A stretch of 64,000 bases of DNA from a virus. The stretch is from positions 1 to 64,000 of the IMG/VR virus record IMGVR_UViG_3300047172_000052. One strand, 5' to 3'. The notes beneath the pieces are model-generated. The model did not search any database. It worked only from the letters and a program-made list of their open reading frames with translations, and had not been told where the DNA came from. Below are positions 9,055 through 18,169 of the stretch, piece by piece. Numbering within the stretch: the stretch's first letter is position 1; every line of letters starts with the position of its first letter. A program made the position numbers and the translations under genes.

Positions 9055-9360
9055 CTAGCGCGTATTTTCTTTCCGCGCCGTATCCGCTTTCGTGTAGGTC
9101 GGCGCCGACCGTTCCGTGCTGCTGCGACTCCACCCACCAGACCCACGTGCGCAGGTGGGCGCGGCGCCGTAGTAGGCGAGCACTGGCAGGAACGCCACTG
9201 CCAAGGCGATGCACGCCACCCGGCGCCCGGCGCCGCTGGTAGGCTTCACAGCAGCAGCATCATCATCCTTTCGAGTCCAGTCGACGCGCGATGCGAGCTT
9301 GACGCGCCGCGCGTTGCGACGCGTGAACTTTGACGCTTTCGTAATCAGGTATTTCGTCAT
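9055..9360 (-). CDS. Hypothetical protein with one predicted TM segment
   Basis: gaggag RBS; hydrophobic VACIALAVAFLPVLAYY. Confidence 0.55.
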   Translation of the reverse strand: MTKYLITKASKFTRRNARRVKLASRVDWTRKDDDAAAVKPTSGAGRRVACIALAVAFLPVLAYYGAAPTCARGSGGWSRSSTERSAPTYTKADTARKENTR

Positions 9361-9949
9361 GGAATCAGGCTCCTCGTTAGATGGCGAATGGACGGTAAGA
9401 ACGGCTTACGCTGTAGGACACGGTCAAGCGGCCCACCTTGATGAAACGCAACCCGCCGACGCGACGGGTGCCGATATTCAGGAAGCGGAACATGGTGAAG
9501 CTCCTAGTGAAACATGATGAATCCGAGTCCGTAACCAATGCCCGACAGTGCCAGTGCCAGCACGTTGAAAGCATGGATCGCGCGCATTAGACCGACTCCT
9601 CCTCAGTGTGGCGAAGCCGTTCGATTAGTGCGCCAGCAATTCCGCCACCAATGGCGAACACCAGGAATGCAGCGGAAAGGTAGAAGCCGGTCATTGCCTT
9701 GACTCCGTGTGGCGTTGTTGACCTGCACAATGTCGCACGGTCGGCGCCGAGGAGCAAGAGCTAAATACGCTTCACGCGTATTTCTTTGCTTCACGTGAAG
9801 CATTGTTCGATTACGAACGATTACGCCGCGCAAGCCTAGCTTGCGCGGCGCAATGCTAGACGTGACAGATAACGGTAAAGAACCAATACGCTAGGGCAAG
9901 TTGGAAAGCACGGAATAGCAGATTTATTACGATGCGAGTCCTCCTCTGT

Positions 9950-10147
9950 TTAGAACCTGTAACGCGTGAATAGGTCACGAGCTTTCTTGTGCTCGCGCAG
10001 CATGGCACGATACAGTTGTTTCCGCTCAGCGGCGCGGCGCGGATCGCGCCAAGCCGACTCCATGAGTCGGCGCCGGACGGCGCGGATAACCTGCATGTTC
10101 GATTCGCCGACATGCACGTTGAGTCGGCAATACATTGCGTAGCTCAT
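9950..10147 (-). CDS. Hypothetical basic protein
   Basis: ATGA overlap with the upstream gene; starts MSYAMYCRL. Confidence 0.55.
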   Translation of the reverse strand: MSYAMYCRLNVHVGESNMQVIRAVRRRLMESAWRDPRRAAERKQLYRAMLREHKKARDLFTRYRF

Positions 10148-10827
10148 GCCAGAATCCTTGTGGTGATTGCCAGACGATGCATGTGCGACACATGGGCGCC
10201 GTCGCGGAACCATTTGGCGGAGTTTTCCGCCATATGATCGCACCATGAGTCCCACCAATAGGCGGAGTCACCATTGGCGCGCCACGTGGCGTTGTAAGCC
10301 GTGATTAGCTTGCGAATACTCGACTCTTTCAGAATTTTCGGAGTCTTGAAATAGGCGGTGTCAAAGCTGAGTCTACCAAGATTGTGCGAGTCCATGCACG
10401 CGCCGTCGCCTATCGTCATTTGCGCTAGGAAGCTCGCCTTGACGATACCGAGTCCTGGTATGTCTAGGTATCGCAGGATGAGATTATCAAGCTCCTCGGG
10501 CTTGCCATAGGCGCGGCGCGCGGCGCCGTGTAGGTCGGCGCGATGGTCGACGACATACTGCAAGCCCGTGCGTTTCCACCCGAACAAGCACCGCGCGTTT
10601 GTGCCATTTTTGGCGATATCGGCCATTTGCACGTGCATAAGAAAGAACGGCTGCCGAATGCTGCAAAGAACCAATGCAGCGATGCTAGGAAGCGCGTCAG
10701 GCGAGTCTTGTGCTGCGGCGACTATCGGCAAGCAATCGCGGCTGAAATAGGTCTGGCGCGGCGCCGAGGAGCTTGCAAAGAACGAGTCAAACTCGGCGCC
10801 GTGATCGATCGTTTGGACGTGTGACAT
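10144..10827 (-). CDS. HhH-GPD superfamily (DNA glycosylase-like) protein
   Basis: Helix-hairpin-helix LDIPGLGIVKASF followed by C.DSHNL; own palindrome-type promoter. Confidence 0.55.
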   Translation of the reverse strand: MSHVQTIDHGAEFDSFFASSSAPRQTYFSRDCLPIVAAAQDSPDALPSIAALVLCSIRQPFFLMHVQMADIAKNGTNARCLFGWKRTGLQYVVDHRADLHGAARRAYGKPEELDNLILRYLDIPGLGIVKASFLAQMTIGDGACMDSHNLGRLSFDTAYFKTPKILKESSIRKLITAYNATWRANGDSAYWWDSWCDHMAENSAKWFRDGAHVSHMHRLAITTRILA

Positions 10828-10854
10828 TGGCGAATCCTCTTGACTGGCCAGACG

Positions 10855-10945
10855 CTACCAGCGGCGGCGTCGCGCCGTCAATCGAATAAATGTGCCCTAG
10901 GCGCATTTATTTTGCTTGCATGACGCGTCAGAACGGCTTACGTCT
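10855..10945. promoter_or_regulatory. Divergent promoter pair sharing one palindrome
   Basis: tgtgccctaggcgca (10891-10905) between TTGACG (minus strand) and TTGCAT (plus strand). Confidence 0.55.
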
Positions 10946-10981
10946 GGTGTCACCGCAATGGTGCGGAACGGAGTTTAGACG

Positions 10982-11323
10982 ATGCGCGTTGCAACTTTTA
11001 CCTTGCCAGTCAATGCCAATGACGGCGCCGACCTGCGTGATGTCCATTTCGCGCTGCGTTCCGCCGCGATTGCTACGTTTGGCGGGTTTACTGCCATCGC
11101 AACCGAGGGTGGATGGCAGGATGATGCAACCGGCAAGCAATACGTGGAACCGGGAATCCTGTATCAATTCGCCATGCCGGACGATGCGGCATCGCGTGAG
11201 AAGCTCGAGTCCTTCGCGCGGTTCTACGGGCATATGGCAGATCAGGTTTGTGTCATGGTGGCGCATGCTGACGGCGCCGTAGCTTTCGTGGAATGCTTCA
11301 CGGCAGAACACGCTACGGCTTGA
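10982..11323 (+). CDS. Putative SAM lyase (T3 SAMase-like / DUF3574-like fold), anti-restriction candidate
   Basis: 113 aa; FGGFT.....GGW........E and late Q.CV pattern of phage SAM lyases. Confidence 0.55.
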   Translation: MRVATFTLPVNANDGADLRDVHFALRSAAIATFGGFTAIATEGGWQDDATGKQYVEPGILYQFAMPDDAASREKLESFARFYGHMADQVCVMVAHADGAVAFVECFTAEHATA

Positions 11324-11417
11324 ATGCCTGCCCTACGGCGCCCTAGGGCGCCGTATCGGGCTTGCACAATGGCAGGGTTGGCCTGCCATGCTGCAAGCTC
11401 ACAGAGGAGGCTAGACG

Positions 11418-11774
11418 ATGCCTGCGAAGCGTAAGACAGGCGCCGATTGGCGCGACTTGGCGATTGTCGCAACCGAGGGATCACAGTTCGGCGCGATCCT
11501 TCATTGCGTCCTAGGACGCGACAAGCCGGCGCCGTGTTTCCATGGCAAGGCTATCGTTACGTCTGACGGATTCGTGCAATGCAATTTCACGGATAGCAAC
11601 GGAATCGCGCGGCATATGGTTTTCGTCGGTTCCGCTGAAGCCTTGGCGCGTAACGGCGCCGGTTTGGCGCGGCATCTCCTCCTCGGTTCCGAAGCAACCG
11701 AGGAGCTTCGTCAGGCCTTGCAATCGTGGATCGGAACCGACTATCGATCCGGCAATACAGGCGTCCGGTTCTAG
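11418..11774 (+). CDS. Hypothetical protein
   Basis: gaggagg RBS; 118 aa. Confidence 0.65.
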   Translation: MPAKRKTGADWRDLAIVATEGSQFGAILHCVLGRDKPAPCFHGKAIVTSDGFVQCNFTDSNGIARHMVFVGSAEALARNGAGLARHLLLGSEATEELRQALQSWIGTDYRSGNTGVRF

Positions 11775-11798
11775 GCGCCAGGACGGCGCCGAATTATT

Positions 11799-11851
11799 TT
11801 TGCCCTAGGCGCATTTTTCCGCTTGACGGAACGGCGCCTAGGGCGCATATT
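11799..11851 (+). promoter_or_regulatory. Strong palindrome-type promoter with no clear downstream CDS
   Basis: tttgccctaggcgca, TTGACG (11823), 17 bp, CATATT (11846). Confidence 0.65.
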
Positions 11852-12076
11852 CTCAATCACCAGAGCAGAGGAGACACGCCGCACCAGACACCGCCTAGCA
11901 CCCACCGCCACACGCCACCGGGCAGGGCGGACAGCAGACGGCGAACGCGACGCGTGGGCCCGGCGGACGGGGCGGGTGAAGCACCGCGAGAGCGGGATCA
12001 GGCACCGCACGGGCGGAGCGGACCCTGCCCGGCCTCTGGACGACCCTGACCCCTACGCATACATACGTAGTTGACA

Positions 12077-12214
12077 CACAAAAATGGCGACCTGTATCCG
12101 AAGGGTGGCTGCACAAAAATGGCTTCCCGTATCCGAAAGAGTCCGCACAAAAATGGCTTCCCGTATCCGAAAGAGTCCGCACAAAAATGGCGACCTGTAT
12201 CCCAAAGGCCGCTG
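12077..12214 (+). repeat. Four tandem 34-35-bp repeats in A-B-B-A order
   Basis: Units start at 12077, 12112, 12146, 12180; core cacaaaaatggc-N5-gtatcc. Confidence 0.9.
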
Positions 12215-12277
12215 CCGCGTATTGCAAAACACGCCTGGAGCGTATTATGGTGCGAGATTGTTTGAAGGAGACTTGAC

Positions 12278-12598
12278 ATGGTGAGACGACCAACCGATCA
12301 GCGGAAGAACCCCCCGAAGAAGGCGTCGGCCTTGACGGAACGGGTCGGCGTAATCACTGGCGCCGAATTCGAGGAACTGGCGTCGAATTCGTTGGGAGGT
12401 CGGGGCTGGCAACGAGCTTTCGTTCGTGGCACCGGCTTCGCTCCCAGCACGGTCACACGCTACATCCAGGGCATCTATCCAGTGCCACAGCACGTCGCCC
12501 TGCTGCTGGAGCTTCTGGCAACGCTCAGACGGCACGAAATCCCGCTTCCGGAGGCCTTCAGCGCCGAGGCGCTGCCGAGTGAAGGCGAGAACGACTGA
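12278..12598 (+). CDS. XRE/Cro-like HTH transcriptional regulator
   Basis: GWQRAFVRGTGFAPSTVTRYIQG..PVP.HVALLL; aaggag RBS; palindrome inside its own promoter spacer. Confidence 0.7.
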   Translation: MVRRPTDQRKNPPKKASALTERVGVITGAEFEELASNSLGGRGWQRAFVRGTGFAPSTVTRYIQGIYPVPQHVALLLELLATLRRHEIPLPEAFSAEALPSEGEND

Positions 12599-13029
12599 GC
12601 AGCCTGGGCGCCGTCTAAGGGCGCCTGGAAGGCCTGCAGTGGGGTGATCTCCAGCAGGCACATCCGGATCGATTTCCAGGCAATTTTGGGTCAAAATCAG
12701 GCAAAATAGCCTGAAAATGGCCTATCTTTGGCCGAAAATCACCGATTCTGACCCCCAAAACAGGCTACTCGAAGGTCCCCCCGACCTGGGAAGCATGCTT
12801 CCCGTGGGTCCTCCCGCTTGCCCGGTCACCCTCCGAATTTTTCCCTTGACAGTCCGGGAATTCTTTTCCGGGTAAAGATACAAAAGTGTCGGAATCGTTC
12901 TCTATTTTTCAGGCAAGCAAAATCAATGCTTTAGGCCCTCCCTGAGGGCTTAAAGATGCAAAAGGCACGTTTTGTATCTACTAGATTCCGGTTGACAACC
13001 GCTTCAGGCAGTGTTCTTGATCGGTGATG

Positions 13030-14745
13030 TCAGCCGATGCGACCGCTCCGCTCAGCAAGCCGCGACGCTGCGCCCTGGTAGCGCATGGGCTCACGTGTCG
13101 TGGCGCTGCCGGCGCCGAGGAGCTTCCTGGTGCCACCACGGCGCCGTGCCCGCACCCTGGCGAGGTATTGGCTCGTCATGTCGACCTGATCGTCGTGCGG
13201 CGTGCCACCGGGGAAGCCGAGAAGCTCCGCCTCGTAGTCAGGCAACCAGATGGCATGCTCCGGAAACAACACCTCGCCAGCCTCCAGCATGGGCGTGACG
13301 CCGTCGAAACGGAATTCCTTGGACTGCTGACCGACCTCGATCGGGATCAGTGGGCAAGGCGGCGTGACGCCGCCGGTCGTCCGCATCTGGATGTATTGCG
13401 TGCCGCTGCCCTTGTCCTCGACCAGCAACTGGTGAGCCCGCCACACGCGGCAGGTGTCATCGATCGCCTGCGACATCTCGGCGAATTCCATCCGGCGACG
13501 GATGACCTCGGCGAGGTAGTGGCGCCCATCGACGCCCTCGATCCACACACCTATGACGGTATAGTCGTTGCGTTCGCCCTTTTTACTTGCGCAGTCGACA
13601 GAGACCGTTATTTTCTTGACTTCTTGTCTTATTACCTGTCCATTTTCATTGATGTGATCTTTTGGCAACACATCGTATCTTTTGAACCACGAGCCCTTGA
13701 CAACGCCTCCATTTTCGTCAACAGGCTTGCCGCGATATAGCGAATTCCAGTCTCTGGAGGGCAAGGTAGCCATCAGGTTGTGCAAAATGGCAACGGTGTA
13801 GTAATTTGGCCACAGTGCTTCGCCAATCGCCCGACCAAGTGGATCGTCTTCATCCTCGCAAATTGCAGGTAAATTTACGATGTGATATGGGATTCCGACC
13901 CCTTTTTTGGTCATATCCTCAATAACGCCACACAAATCGAGGGGATGCCAGCGGGTCGCAACAATAAACATCGGTGCATTTGGCAGTAATCGTGTCGTGA
14001 AGTCTGCCATGAACCAGTCGTGAACCTCCTTGCGTTTCGCGGCGCTTTCAGCGTCAGCCCGCGTTGCATAGGGGTCGTCAACCGCAGCGATGTGAGCACG
14101 GAATCCGGCAATGCCCTGGCCCACACCACGCGTCAGGTAGGTGCCGTTCTTGCCTGCCAGCGCCCACGATCCAGACGCCTTGCTTTCCTTGCTGATCGTG
14201 ATCTCGGGGAACACCTGATGGTAAGGTTCGCTGATGATCATGTTCTTGACCTTCAGCCCGAATTCCTTCTCCACGAAGTCGTTCGTGTGTCCGCCCTGGA
14301 TGTATCGGTGGTTGGGATGGTTGCCCATATACCAAGCAGGGAACAACTTCGAGCAGTAGGTGCTCTTGGCGTGCCCTGGCGGCATCGAGATCATCGACCT
14401 GGGTATCTTCCTCGCCGCTATCGCCTCCAGGTGACTGCACATCCACTCGTGATGATGTGCCGGCGGCTCCTCCGGGTTCATGAATTCAGCGAAGCACGAC
14501 AAGCTATGCGGTGCAGCATCCAGCAACCTTGCCCGGTAGTTCGCCTTTGCGTCTTCGAGCATGTGCTCGATCGCTGCGTATTGGTTCTCAGTCTCACTGG
14601 TCTGACATAGCTGGCGCAGGAGCTTCGACAGCGACGGGTGCAACGCCGCCTTGTTCACCAAGGCGCCCTCGATCGACGTCAGCAGGTCGTTCAGTCTGGC
14701 AATGGCGCGGCGGCTTTCCTGCCGCTCTTGAAGGGTGATGTGCAT
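13030..14745 (-). CDS. terL: Terminase large subunit
   Basis: Walker A MPPGHAKST, Walker B AAVDDP, ATRWH..DL.G, nuclease motifs VSVDCA, VEDKGSG, HDDQVD. Confidence 0.95.
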   Translation of the reverse strand: MHITLQERQESRRAIARLNDLLTSIEGALVNKAALHPSLSKLLRQLCQTSETENQYAAIEHMLEDAKANYRARLLDAAPHSLSCFAEFMNPEEPPAHHHEWMCSHLEAIAARKIPRSMISMPPGHAKSTYCSKLFPAWYMGNHPNHRYIQGGHTNDFVEKEFGLKVKNMIISEPYHQVFPEITISKESKASGSWALAGKNGTYLTRGVGQGIAGFRAHIAAVDDPYATRADAESAAKRKEVHDWFMADFTTRLLPNAPMFIVATRWHPLDLCGVIEDMTKKGVGIPYHIVNLPAICEDEDDPLGRAIGEALWPNYYTVAILHNLMATLPSRDWNSLYRGKPVDENGGVVKGSWFKRYDVLPKDHINENGQVIRQEVKKITVSVDCASKKGERNDYTVIGVWIEGVDGRHYLAEVIRRRMEFAEMSQAIDDTCRVWRAHQLLVEDKGSGTQYIQMRTTGGVTPPCPLIPIEVGQQSKEFRFDGVTPMLEAGEVLFPEHAIWLPDYEAELLGFPGGTPHDDQVDMTSQYLARVRARRRGGTRKLLGAGSATTREPMRYQGAASRLAERSGRIG

Positions 14746-14746
14746 G

Positions 14747-15313
14747 TCAGCCTATGGTGATCGGTGGCTTCTTGGGCTTCGCCGGCACCGCTTCCATCGT
14801 CTGCAGATCGACCTGACCGGTGAAGCCGATGTTGTCGAGGAGCTTGTTCACCTTGTCGAGCGGGATAGCAGTCTGGGCGCGCTTCTGCTGCTCCTGCTTT
14901 GCCTCGTCCTCCAGTGCCTTCTTGTCCTTGTTGCCTTCCTGGAATAGCCCGACTTCCTTGCCCAAAAGTTCGAGCGCCTTGTTCGAGGCAGCGTATTGAC
15001 CAGCATCACGTGCGAGCTTGGCGTTCTCCATCAACTCCGCGATCACCCAGCCTGGATCGATCACAGCTTCCCCGCGTGCCCTTTCGACCGCTGCTTCATA
15101 GTCAAGGTCGCCATTCGGCCCGCCGTTGAAGCGTTGCTCTTTCTCCTCCAGCAGTTCGGCGACGCGCTCCTTGATATCGGGGCGCCGTGCCATGACAGAA
15201 CTGTTGGTGGTGCTCTTCTCGTAACCAGCATCCGCGTAGGCCTGCGACTGAGACTTGCCGGCGGCGAGCCCACGACAGAAGAGTTCGTGCTTGACGTTGG
15301 TCAACTGTCCCAT
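14747..15313 (-). CDS. terS: Terminase small subunit
   Basis: N-terminal HTH LTNVKHELFC...SQAYADAGY, KALELLGK; directly upstream of terL. Confidence 0.85.
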   Translation of the reverse strand: MGQLTNVKHELFCRGLAAGKSQSQAYADAGYEKSTTNSSVMARRPDIKERVAELLEEKEQRFNGGPNGDLDYEAAVERARGEAVIDPGWVIAELMENAKLARDAGQYAASNKALELLGKEVGLFQEGNKDKKALEDEAKQEQQKRAQTAIPLDKVNKLLDNIGFTGQVDLQTMEAVPAKPKKPPITIG

Positions 15314-15315
15314 GG

Positions 15316-15669
15316 TCAGTCGTCCTCACCGTCAGCATCGTCATCTTCTTCCTGCGATTGCAACCGACTGATGGTCACAGGACCGAATGATGGATGAACG
15401 CCATAGTAGTATTGATCCGGATCGTAGTCGGCAAGATCAGCACAGTGGAATCCGATGCCGGGCTTGCGGTCGTAGAACTTGAACATCGGTCGACCGTCCT
15501 CGTCGAGCAGCCCGCTGAACTGTGGGTCCTGATGCTTCTCCTCGTAGACAGCGCGTGCGATCACCACATCGTCACCGAAGATCGGATCGACCAGGGACTT
15601 CGGTGGCGTGTTGAAAGCTGCACGGAGGAGGCGCATGGAACCACTTGCGACGGTGCGGAACTTCTTCAT
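15316..15669 (-). CDS. Hypothetical protein with acidic tail
   Basis: 117-aa ORF coupled between the resolvase and terS. Confidence 0.65.
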   Translation of the reverse strand: MKKFRTVASGSMRLLRAAFNTPPKSLVDPIFGDDVVIARAVYEEKHQDPQFSGLLDEDGRPMFKFYDRKPGIGFHCADLADYDPDQYYYGVHPSFGPVTISRLQSQEEDDDADGEDD

Positions 15670-16175
15670 GATTTCACCCTCGGCAGCAGTTTCTTCTTCA
15701 GCACGTGGCCCTGGTGCATGACGCCATAGAGGGCGATCATCGCTGCCTCGGCCTTGTCGGGTCTGGTGAATAGGTGGGCGCAGGCGGGAAACAATTCCTT
15801 GGCGCGATTCCGCGCCTCGTCCTTCACCTTAGGCACCCGCAGGTTCTTCTTCCAGACATCAGGCGGGATGCGTGTCAGCGGGACGTCCAAAGCCGCCAGG
15901 ACTCCCTTGATCGTTCCGTTGTTGTCGCCAAACGTGAACGCACCAACGGTGCCATCGGTCGGCATCGAGTGGACTTTCTCCAGATAGGCTGAGATGGGGT
16001 CGTTGGCGCGGATCAGCGCCGCCAGAACGACACCATCGGCTTCGGTGATGGTGCGGCTGGTGCCGAGTGTCTTCATGACCGGCATGTCGAATACGTCGAG
16101 GAATCCGTCTTCAGGCCAGATGAACGCCACCGCGCCTTTGCTGCCTGGATCGATCCCTGAAATGCAAAACGTCAT
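15666..16175 (-). CDS. RuvC-like Holliday junction resolvase
   Basis: GIDPG..GAVA, YLEKV, P..WKK, DKAEAAMIA. Confidence 0.85.
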   Translation of the reverse strand: MTFCISGIDPGSKGAVAFIWPEDGFLDVFDMPVMKTLGTSRTITEADGVVLAALIRANDPISAYLEKVHSMPTDGTVGAFTFGDNNGTIKGVLAALDVPLTRIPPDVWKKNLRVPKVKDEARNRAKELFPACAHLFTRPDKAEAAMIALYGVMHQGHVLKKKLLPRVKS

Positions 16176-16454
16176 GCGCCCCCGGCTCACTCTCCTGCAG
16201 GCGCGAGGCCGTCCCCGACAACCAGTCACCTGAGGCCACTGCACCACGTCAGAATGACTGACGCCTGTCAAGCAAACCGACGCACCGTCTCATGAATCCC
16301 GCTGACGCGGGCCTCTCACCAACGACCGACTCAGCGCCACCCCTACGCTCGATCGCGCCACCCCTACCCCTCGCACCGGCCCCCCGATCGCGCGCCGCCC
16401 CCAAGCCCCACAAATCAGCCGGCGTGTGCAGTGGCGCCGACTTGGAAACAATGA

Positions 16455-16940
16455 GGCATTGGACCAAGAAACCCATAACCTATTGAATAAATTATATATT
16501 CTTTAGTAACATAAAGAAAGAGTAATAATATGGTCCCGTGGTCACACCTAACTCATTGATTTCGCTCACTGGTCCGAGTGGTCCAACCGGAAAACGTAAT
16601 GGTCCAGACCCCCTTGGGCCAGGTTGGACCACTGTAACCCATTGATTTCTCGCCGCTTTGGTGCCACGATATAGCAACGGTCCAAGCGGTCCAACCCCAA
16701 AACGCCTGCCAGAAAAACCCCGCGTGCGCAAAATAACCATGGTTCGTTGCAACTTCATGAGTAAGATACCCACGTTTGTGTAACGAACACCCTGTATATT
16801 CCCCCCGCTCCTCCGGATTGAAAAGGGTCTGGACCACTGGACCACTTGGACCATCGAGCGTTTTCAATGACTTACGAATTGGAGGGTCTGGACCATTACG
16901 TTTCCGGTTGGACCACCTCGGACCACCTTGGACCACTCGC
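16455..16940. other. Candidate replication origin: GGACC/GGTCC iterons, 42-bp inverted repeat, IHF boxes, AT-rich tract
   Basis: IR at 16570-16611 and 16884-16925; about 15 GGWCC copies; WATCAAN4TTR at 16549 and 16635 (minus strand); lies at the coding-strand switch. Confidence 0.55.
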
Positions 16941-17009
16941 ACAGCACCTCGCGGCAGTCTCACCGTTTGCATTCGCTTCGGTAGTGCAACGGGCTCTCCT
17001 GCCATCTTT

Positions 17010-17062
17010 CACGCGTGAGGCGCATCTTTCTTGTTGACCGACGTCACGCTTCGTGACATACT
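17010..17062 (+). promoter_or_regulatory. Palindrome-type early promoter
   Basis: cacgcgtgaggcgca, TTGACC, 17 bp, CATACT, then ccatcga. Confidence 0.75.
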
Positions 17063-17102
17063 CCCCTCCATCGAAGGACACCAGCGAAGGAGCCAGAGCA
17101 CA

Positions 17103-17303
17103 GTGCGGATCAAGACCAACGGGCGCGAAGGCATCGTCGAGTTCCTGAACGGTCAGCCCTGGTATGTGACCGTCTCCTCGCCCAACACCGGCTTCAGCCG
17201 CACCATCTGGCACAAGGACACCAAGCGCCCGATCAGCCTGCTGGCGTCGCGGTTCATCAACGCCGCCGTGAACCGGCGCAAGGGAATTGTGCCTGAGGCG
17301 TAA
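17103..17303 (+). CDS. Hypothetical protein
   Basis: aggag RBS and GTG start after the promoter. Confidence 0.6.
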   Translation: MRIKTNGREGIVEFLNGQPWYVTVSSPNTGFSRTIWHKDTKRPISLLASRFINAAVNRRKGIVPEA

Positions 17304-17338
17304 TTCTTCTTGACGTCGGCAACCCTCCGTGACATACT
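17288..17338 (+). promoter_or_regulatory. Palindrome-type early promoter
   Basis: tgtgcctgaggcgta, TTGACG, 17 bp, CATACT, then tcatcga. Confidence 0.8.
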
Positions 17339-17377
17339 CCTCTTCATCGAGCGCCCCTAAGGAAAGGACACATCGCG

Positions 17378-17620
17378 ATGCGCGGCTGCTACGTGATCAA
17401 GAACCCCGCCGGCACCTTCCACTTCGCCGGTCGCGTCCCCACCGCCCTGGCGTTCGACTGCACCGACGCCGAGGTGCTGGAGGCGGCGCTGCACAGCGGC
17501 CCTGGTCTCGCCCGCAAGATCGCAGCGCGCAAGGGCGTCAAGTTCGAGACCCTTACCTGGGTGACGCGCGAGGAAGCCCTCGAAGCAGCGAAGTCGGCTT
17601 TCGTCGAGGTGGTGGAGTGA
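17378..17620 (+). CDS. Hypothetical protein
   Basis: aagga RBS; strong codon bias. Confidence 0.65.
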   Translation: MRGCYVIKNPAGTFHFAGRVPTALAFDCTDAEVLEAALHSGPGLARKIAARKGVKFETLTWVTREEALEAAKSAFVEVVE

Positions 17621-17881
17621 TTATATTCCCACAAACCCCGAGGGAATTCTTGGCGCTGGCGATCATCATCGCCATCCTTCTCGGCGTCATCGCCGTTGCT
17701 CGTCATTTCGGAGTGCAATGATGCGCCGACTCGCTAACCTTCGCGCAGCCCTCGCCGACCCGGTCGCACGGCGCGCGATCCTCGTGCCGGTCTGCCTCGC
17801 CCTCCAACACCGTGAAGGCATCGAGACGACGCGGGAGCAGATGGAGCAGGCCTACGACAAGGTGCAGGAGGAGAAGTCGAC

Positions 17882-18169
17882 ATGCTCAAACGCGTGATCG
17901 AAGGATGGAACGCAGCGCCCGGCGCACCGCGTGGCTGGGACCCCAAACGCGACGGCGACTGCGGCGCCCTGCCGATCCGCGTTCATCCAACCCGTGCGTT
18001 CGTCGACCCCTCGGTGCGCCTGGAGTATTGCGAAAGCGCCTGGGAGCCGACGCCCGACGAGCTTCGGCTTCTGAATGCCGGGCACAGCCTTATCCTGCGC
18101 GTCGCCGGCTGGCAGGTTCCGGTGGCTTTGTATGTCGACCCTGTCAAGCCCAACACCGAGGGGAGGTAA
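17882..18169 (+). CDS. Conserved phage hypothetical protein
   Basis: GAP.GWD....G.CGALP...SAWEPTP.EL..LNAG pattern. Confidence 0.7.
   Translation: MLKRVIEGWNAAPGAPRGWDPKRDGDCGALPIRVHPTRAFVDPSVRLEYCESAWEPTPDELRLLNAGHSLILRVAGWQVPVALYVDPVKPNTEGR

Noticed and set aside
12077-12214. CRISPR mini-array
   Set aside because: Units are contiguous with no unique spacers, and two are identical; no cas operon
13030-14745. Intein or intron in terL suggested by the low-GC patch
   Set aside because: Protein length and motif spacing are normal; no splicing motifs or endonuclease
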